Part shown: in pieces, positions 59,239 through 64,000 of the stretch | How positions within the stretch are numbered: position 1 is the first letter of the stretch | Layout of the letters: each line of letters begins with the position of its first letter | DNA from: Escherichia phage SmurfNell | Direction: 5' to 3' (one strand) | Sequence record: OR896824.1 | Length of the DNA: 64,000 nt | Made by a program: the position numbers and the translations under genes | Notes under the pieces: model-generated | Databases searched by the model: none | What the model was told of the DNA's origin: nothing | Seen by the model: only the letters and a program-made list of their open reading frames with translations

Positions 59239-59508
59239 ATGTCTATTCTTTTATCTGCTTTAGAAGCAAAACAAAATACTATTGCTAGTATTAAAAAGGA
59301 AGTAATTGACTTAGAGTCACTTATTGCCGTAGAGATTGACAAAGCCATCAAAGATAAAGAATTTAATTGCCACATCCAGGGACTGACTGAATACTCAGAA
59401 AACGCTAGAAATAGCGTTATGCAAAAACTTAGCAAACTAGGTTATGTTGTGGAAGCTAAGTATGAACAGCGTGAAGGTTTTTGGCTTGAAATTGATTGGA
59501 GCAAATAA
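59239..59508 (+). CDS. Hypothetical small protein
   Basis: 89-aa ORF coupled between HslV-like gene and RNase H. Confidence 0.45.
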   Translation: MSILLSALEAKQNTIASIKKEVIDLESLIAVEIDKAIKDKEFNCHIQGLTEYSENARNSVMQKLSKLGYVVEAKYEQREGFWLEIDWSK

Positions 59509-59984
59509 TGTCGGTTTTCCACATATATACAGATGGTGCATGTAAAGGCAATCCTGGTTTAGGTGCGTGGGGATTCGTTGTCTATAATGATAATGATGAT
59601 CGTATTGGCTCTAAATCTGGCTTCAGCCCTAAAACTACTAATAACGAAATGGAACTTACTGCAATTGTAGAAGTTCTTCGTTGGTCTACTAAGAAAGATA
59701 ATCGTCCAGTAATTATCTACACTGATTCTGCTTACTGCAAAAATGGTATGGAAAGCTGGATGTGGTCTTGGCAGAAGAAAGGCTGGAAGAAGGGAGATGG
59801 TGAAACTCCTCTTAATCTAGAACTCTGGCAAGAAGCATTTAAACTAACTCAACAGTATATTAACTTCCATGATACCAATCCAACCTTTGTTAAGGTTAAA
59901 GGTCACTCAGGTATTCGTGGTAATGAAGAAGTTGATGCTCTATGCAATACTGTAATTACTGAGCAAGAACTTGCTGAGATGTAA
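59508..59984 (+). CDS. rnh: Ribonuclease H
   Basis: YTDGAC, NNEMEL, YTDSAY, GHSGIRGNEEVDAL DEDD motifs; start at ATG 59508 overlapping upstream stop. Confidence 0.85.
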   Translation: MSVFHIYTDGACKGNPGLGAWGFVVYNDNDDRIGSKSGFSPKTTNNEMELTAIVEVLRWSTKKDNRPVIIYTDSAYCKNGMESWMWSWQKKGWKKGDGETPLNLELWQEAFKLTQQYINFHDTNPTFVKVKGHSGIRGNEEVDALCNTVITEQELAEM

Positions 59985-60004
59985 TAAATAATTTAAAAAT
60001 TCAC

Positions 60005-60033
60005 TTACTTAAAGCCCTCGAATTTAGTATAAT
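60005..60033 (+). promoter_or_regulatory. Sigma70-type promoter framed by 9-bp inverted repeat
   Basis: TTACTT, 17-nt spacer, TATAAT; AAAGCCCTC (60011-60019) and GAGGGCTTT (60052-60060) flank -10 and SD. Confidence 0.5.
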
Positions 60034-60060
60034 ATTCGTATTGAAAGTGAGGAGGGCTTT

Positions 60061-60339
60061 ATGCGAATTTACAACTCAAATTCATTAGGATTTAAACCTT
60101 TGAGAAAACGCGCACAATCTCCGCGTCAGATCAGAAAGGCAAATATTGGTGAGCCAGAAACTAGGCTTCCACCACCTCCGGAGCAGCGTCTAGTTTATCT
60201 AGATGAAGAATTAGCCGAAAGGGAACGCAAAGCTCAAGAAGAAATTGAGCGTAAGAAACTGTGTACTGCTCCTGCATATAACAAGGGTGGTTATCAGTAC
60301 GTTTCCAGTGAGGAACAAGCTAAGATGATCGGCAGATAA
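60061..60339 (+). CDS. Hypothetical basic protein
   Basis: 92 aa; SD GAGGAGGG. Confidence 0.5.
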   Translation: MRIYNSNSLGFKPLRKRAQSPRQIRKANIGEPETRLPPPPEQRLVYLDEELAERERKAQEEIERKKLCTAPAYNKGGYQYVSSEEQAKMIGR

Positions 60340-60355
60340 TTTTTAAAAAATTCAT

Positions 60356-60384
60356 TTGCTAAACGCTTCAAAATTTCGTATAAT
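60356..60384 (+). promoter_or_regulatory. Sigma70-type promoter
   Basis: TTGCTA, 17-nt spacer, TATAAT, then ATATCTCATAAATTGA leader box. Confidence 0.6.
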
Positions 60385-60422
60385 ATATCTCATAAATTGA
60401 TCAACAAAAAGGAAAACAAATA

Positions 60423-60938
60423 ATGGCTAAGCAGAAAAACGCAAAAACTCAGGCAGCTCCGGCAGTTAAAACTTTCGCTCAGACCGAAGCCAATCGTAAG
60501 GCTCGTCTGGAACGTCATCTGCGTAAGCATCCTACTGATGCTCAGGCTCAGACTGCCCTGAAGTCTGCGGCTCCGGTTCGCCAGAAGCCGAAGGCCAAGA
60601 ACTCTACTCGCGCAACTGCTAAGCAGGTTGTGTTCATCAAGGGTGAAGGTCATAAGTCTGTACCGGTAACTCTGAGCTTTAACGGCGGTGCTGAGATGTT
60701 CGCCCGCAACGGTATGGCTCTGAAAGACTACGAAAAAGCAGTCAATCAGAAGCGTAAGCCAATGGCTGACGTAATGCGTGAATCCCGTGGACAGTTTGGC
60801 TCCGTTAAACCGAATATTTTCGGTGTAGAGTATAGCCGTGACAACGTTCGCGCTCTGTGCTACGGTATCGGTATTAAGTTTACTGGTGCTTCTGATCGTA
60901 AATCCGCTAAACCTACTCGTAAGCGTAAAGCGAAGTAA
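60423..60938 (+). CDS. Hypothetical basic, highly expressed protein
   Basis: 171 aa, Lys/Arg-rich termini, host-optimal codons. Confidence 0.55.
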   Translation: MAKQKNAKTQAAPAVKTFAQTEANRKARLERHLRKHPTDAQAQTALKSAAPVRQKPKAKNSTRATAKQVVFIKGEGHKSVPVTLSFNGGAEMFARNGMALKDYEKAVNQKRKPMADVMRESRGQFGSVKPNIFGVEYSRDNVRALCYGIGIKFTGASDRKSAKPTRKRKAK

Positions 60939-60944
60939 TGATTG

Positions 60945-60962
60945 ATGGGGCGAAAGCCCCAT
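60945..60962 (+). other. GNRA-tetraloop hairpin (ATGGGGC-GAAA-GCCCCAT)
   Basis: Perfect 7-bp stem with GAAA loop right after stop; no T-run. Confidence 0.5.
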
Positions 60963-60999
60963 ATACTAACTCTTTCTCTGACTAATTAAGGATATTTTT

Positions 61000-61215
61000 A
61001 TGTTCTCTAAGAAACCACGTTCCGTTACTGAAATCGTTGCTTCCTTTACCACTATTACTGATGAACTTCAAGCTCGTATTGAAGCTGACCAGAAAACTGC
61101 TGCTGATATTCAGAAACAGCAGGAAGAACTCGCTCTGAAACTGGCTGAAACCAATAAGAGTGAAAAATCTGCTCAAACTATTAAGGAAAATATCCTTAAA
61201 CTGCTGGGCAAGTAA
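61000..61215 (+). CDS. Hypothetical small coiled-coil protein
   Basis: 71 aa; SD AAGGA. Confidence 0.45.
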   Translation: MFSKKPRSVTEIVASFTTITDELQARIEADQKTAADIQKQQEELALKLAETNKSEKSAQTIKENILKLLGK

Positions 61216-61223
61216 TTTAAATC

Positions 61224-61240
61224 AGGGGGCGAAAGCCCCT
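61224..61240 (+). other. GNRA-tetraloop hairpin (GGGGGC-GAAA-GCCCCT)
   Basis: Second copy of the GGGGCGAAAGCCCC element, followed by CTTATTTGG. Confidence 0.5.
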
Positions 61241-61256
61241 CTTATTTGGAGAAACT

Positions 61257-61469
61257 ATGCGTAACTTCGTTGCAAAGAATGATTTTAACCGTGCTAGCAC
61301 TCACAAGTCTGCTAGAGACTACACTCGTCTTTCTAAACATGAGCTTCTAGAAGAAATCATGGAAGAAAACTGGGATGTTAGTGAAAATGGAACAGACCTG
61401 TTTGAAGAAGAGGAACTTCCTCTGAAAGACCCCAAACAGTGGGAGTCTATTAAAGAGACAGCTCTTTAA
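61257..61469 (+). CDS. Hypothetical small acidic protein
   Basis: 70 aa; SD GGAG. Confidence 0.45.
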   Translation: MRNFVAKNDFNRASTHKSARDYTRLSKHELLEEIMEENWDVSENGTDLFEEEELPLKDPKQWESIKETAL

Positions 61470-61499
61470 TAGTTTTCTACAACAATAAAGGACATAATT

Positions 61500-62201
61500 A
61501 TGAAATTCAAGCCCTTTGGTATGCTGGACATTGAATCTCTAGGTACTCCAGGAAATTGCGGTACTACTCATATTGCAATGCCTTCTTTCGCTTTTGTAGC
61601 GATGCACGGAATTGATAAAGATCCTGATCTGGTATTCGTTACTCTAGACGTTCAAGATCAGCTTAATGCGGGTGCTAAGGTAACTGCCTCTACTATTGCA
61701 TTCTGGATGGATCAAGCTAAAAACAGTCCATCTGCGCTCCATATTATGGAGGCTCTAAATGGTCGTAATCCTAAGCTGATTGCCTTCCGTGATGGTAAGC
61801 ATCACTGCACTAATGACGTAGGCTCTAATTATGCTGCCTTCTCTATGGCTCAGAACATTATGGAATTGTCTCTAGGAGATAATGCTCTGTATTACGGCAA
61901 TGGCCCAGAGTTTGATATGACAATCTACTCTGCAAATACGTTCCATGCCGGAACCCATGAAGAAATAGTTCCGTGGAAATTCTGGAACTTAGGTAACGTT
62001 CGATCTTTCCGTAATCAGTGGATGCAAGCTGGTTATAGCTATAAAGATCTAGAAGCCGAAGGTGCTAGCTGGGCAAAAGCTAAAATGGAAAAGATGGACA
62101 CCATTCGTTATGGAATCTATCCTGTGAAGCATGATCCAGCATTCGATGCTTTAGTTGAAAGTTATTGTGTAGCCGTCATGATCGAAAAAATCAAAATTTG
62201 A
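61500..62201 (+). CDS. DEDDh-family 3'-5' exonuclease (DnaQ-like fold)
   Basis: Exo I MLDIESLG, Exo II-like GNGPEFDM, Exo III HDPAFDA (H-x4-D). Confidence 0.65.
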   Translation: MKFKPFGMLDIESLGTPGNCGTTHIAMPSFAFVAMHGIDKDPDLVFVTLDVQDQLNAGAKVTASTIAFWMDQAKNSPSALHIMEALNGRNPKLIAFRDGKHHCTNDVGSNYAAFSMAQNIMELSLGDNALYYGNGPEFDMTIYSANTFHAGTHEEIVPWKFWNLGNVRSFRNQWMQAGYSYKDLEAEGASWAKAKMEKMDTIRYGIYPVKHDPAFDALVESYCVAVMIEKIKI

Positions 62202-62202
62202 T

Positions 62203-62231
62203 TTGCTTTCAGCTCCAAAATTCTGTATAAT
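62203..62231 (+). promoter_or_regulatory. Sigma70-type promoter
   Basis: TTGCTT, 17-nt spacer, TATAAT, then ATATTCATAAATTTGAGAGAAC. Confidence 0.6.
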
Positions 62232-62271
62232 ATATTCATAAATTTGAGAGAACAACAAAAGGAAAATAATT

Positions 62272-62454
62272 ATGCCAGTATCTAAAAACGTCCGTAAAAA
62301 TGGTAAAGTAGCAAAACGTAACCTGGGTCTGCGTCGTATGGCTGAGCGTCAGTCCGGCATCCAGAAAATCTTTAATGTACTGAATCGCGCCAACCCGAAT
62401 ATTGATAACAGTTCTGATACTGTTCTGCGCACTCTGCTGGCAATCGGTCTGTAA
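62272..62454 (+). CDS. Hypothetical small basic protein
   Basis: 60 aa; SD AAAGGAAAAT. Confidence 0.45.
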   Translation: MPVSKNVRKNGKVAKRNLGLRRMAERQSGIQKIFNVLNRANPNIDNSSDTVLRTLLAIGL

Positions 62455-62508
62455 TAGGCCGTTTTTAAAACAAATTCAAATCTCAAACTTCATATAAGGA
62501 AGCAAATA

Positions 62509-63147
62509 ATGACTACTCGTATCTCTAAAACTCGTGCTCTGGCAACTATCAAGTCTCTGGAAGCTAAAATCCGTAAAGCTACTGAACAACAGCTTTTGAT
62601 CGCTGTTGGTGAAGGTAAGGACAAGAACCAAGTTGTCGTTGGCGCTGCAATCGAAGTAGATGCTCTGTCTACTCGTATTAAGACTGATTTCCAGTCTCTG
62701 CTGGATATGATGTCCCAGCGTGATCAGCTGAAAGCTGCGCTGATCAAGAGCAATGCTGAAACTGTTGTAGAGATCGGTTCTCGCTCTATGACTGTTGCGG
62801 AAGCAATCGAAGCTAAGCGTTCTATGGAACTCAAAGCTCAGTTGCTGGCTAACATGCGTAAGCAGTTCCATGCTGCTACTGTTAAGTTTAACACTCAGAA
62901 GGCTCAGTTTGACGCCAAGTATGAGCGTCTGCAGGATACCATGGCTACCCGCGACAAGAAGACTTCCGAGGATGAAGTTAAGATGCAGCTTAACCTGCTG
63001 GAACTCAAGAACACTCCGTTCCTGATCGATCCGCTGGAGCTAGAAAAGCTGATCAAGCAACACGACGAAGAATACCAGGACTTTGCAACTAACGTTGACT
63101 TTGTTCTGTCTGAGTCCAACGCCTCTACTTTCATCGAAGTAGAGTAA
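62509..63147 (+). CDS. Hypothetical highly expressed early protein
   Basis: 212 aa, helical, host-optimal codon usage; SD AAGGAAG. Confidence 0.55.
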   Translation: MTTRISKTRALATIKSLEAKIRKATEQQLLIAVGEGKDKNQVVVGAAIEVDALSTRIKTDFQSLLDMMSQRDQLKAALIKSNAETVVEIGSRSMTVAEAIEAKRSMELKAQLLANMRKQFHAATVKFNTQKAQFDAKYERLQDTMATRDKKTSEDEVKMQLNLLELKNTPFLIDPLELEKLIKQHDEEYQDFATNVDFVLSESNASTFIEVE

Positions 63148-63527
63148 TAATTTAAAAGACTAGTAAATCGGTAGACGAAAGCCCAAGCATCTTACCTCGC
63201 AGCAGCGGTTGAAATACGAGGTTAAATAAGACCGCTGACCATACTATAAAGTATAATCTATTGGAGATTATGTTTATTACACCAGCCTCTTAAGCTGAAC
63301 TGTAAAAACGGTCGTTGGTAGTACCAACACAACTTCAAAGATCAACGCTCAAGTATGAAAGCTGAAAAGTTAAAAGAACTCAAACTTCTAACCTTCTAAA
63401 GCTAAAAGATGCAAAGTATTCGTTGATGATTCAAACCCTAGATCAAAGGTACATGGCTCATAAGATATGGCCTGTGGCGCCTCTAGGCTGTTTATCGGTT
63501 CACTAGTCTCTCAATTTAAAAATGTAT

Positions 63528-63556
63528 TTGCTAATTAGTTTAGTTTTCTATATAAT
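63528..63556 (+). promoter_or_regulatory. Sigma70-type promoter
   Basis: TTGCTA, 17-nt spacer, TATAAT, then ATATTTTTAAATTGATGAGACGAGG. Confidence 0.6.
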
Positions 63557-63586
63557 ATATTTTTAAATTGATGAGACGAGGCTATT

Positions 63587-63904
63587 ATGATTTTTCATAT
63601 TCTGATTGATGATGTTCGTGACCTGCATGGGATGGATATTATCATTCGAACCCCCGAAGCCGCTATTGAGTTTCTGAATACAACCGATACCACCGGACAT
63701 TTCGTTTATATGGATAATGATCTGGCTGTAGATGGTATGGAAGGTTATCAAATTCTTCGTTTACTCCTAGAATTTGGACAGAGACCCAAGAAAGTGGTAC
63801 TAGTAACCTCGAACCCTGTAGCTAAGCAGAACATGCGTAATGATTTGCTTGACGAAGGGTATCAAGAAAGCCCTAATCGTATTGAGTACGATTGGCCGGA
63901 GTAA
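63587..63904 (+). CDS. Stand-alone receiver (REC/CheY-like) domain protein
   Basis: HILIDDV (acidic pocket), FVYMDNDLAVDGMEGYQILRLL (phospho-Asp plus MDG-type motif), KVVLVTSNP (Thr-switch-like) in CheY order; conserved Lys not obvious. Confidence 0.45.
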   Translation: MIFHILIDDVRDLHGMDIIIRTPEAAIEFLNTTDTTGHFVYMDNDLAVDGMEGYQILRLLLEFGQRPKKVVLVTSNPVAKQNMRNDLLDEGYQESPNRIEYDWPE

Positions 63905-63909
63905 ATAAA

Positions 63910-64000
63910 ATGAAGGCAGCTTTGCTTCTAATAGCTGCCCTAACCTATAGCTTCAATAGTCATGCTACCTACGACTCAAAGCAGATTGATTGCATTGCAA
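63910..64000 (+). CDS. Secreted/periplasmic protein, 5' partial (signal peptide)
   Basis: MKAALLLIAALTYSFNSHA-TYDS reads as a Sec signal peptide with AxA-like cleavage site; ORF runs off window end. Confidence 0.3.
   Translation, partial: MKAALLLIAALTYSFNSHATYDSKQIDCIA

Noticed and set aside
60390-60962. 190-aa minus-strand ORF opposite the 171-aa basic protein gene
   Set aside because: The plus-strand gene has promoter, SD and codon bias; the minus frame is a mirror ORF of a GC-richer coding segment
1-64000. Integrase, transposase, CRISPR array or prophage attachment features
   Set aside because: None found on reading; gene content and convergent module layout indicate a virulent phage segment rather than an integrated element

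Overview
This window reads as a contiguous segment of a lytic T5-like siphovirus genome (Tequintavirus-type organisation, AT-rich, no integrase, no CRISPR, no tRNA found by eye). Three transcription blocks are visible. (1) 1-23365, plus strand: the late morphogenesis module, running terminase large subunit, HNH, portal, decoration protein, prohead protease, major capsid, neck proteins, tail tube, putative chaperones, tape measure, Dit, baseplate hub, central fibre, collar and an L-shaped tail fibre with a C-terminal self-cleaving chaperone domain. (2) 23652-51137, minus strand, convergent with block 1 across a bidirectional terminator: early replication and recombination genes (dUTPase, flap endonuclease, SbcCD-like pair, SF2 helicase, family A DNA polymerase, primase, DnaB-like helicase, split NAD-dependent ligase, origin-binding-type helicase, anaerobic RNR NrdD) plus accessory genes. 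(3) 51331-64000, plus strand: early nucleotide-metabolism and accessory genes (HNH-AP2 endonucleases, PhoH, NrdA, NrdB, DHFR, ThyA, RNase H and small genes). Blocks 2 and 3 are punctuated by a repeated near-consensus sigma70 promoter cassette. The best candidates for an undescribed system are: a minus-strand accessory operon (46001-49164) encoding a zinc-ribbon-less Sir2-like protein with a HAD phosphatase, a small membrane protein and two tandem paralogs; a phage-encoded HslV/proteasome-like Ntn hydrolase (58658-59236); a stand-alone receiver-domain-like protein (63587-63904); and three noncoding regions of about 300-500 bp. All calls are from reading the sequence and ORF translations; no database search or folding was run.
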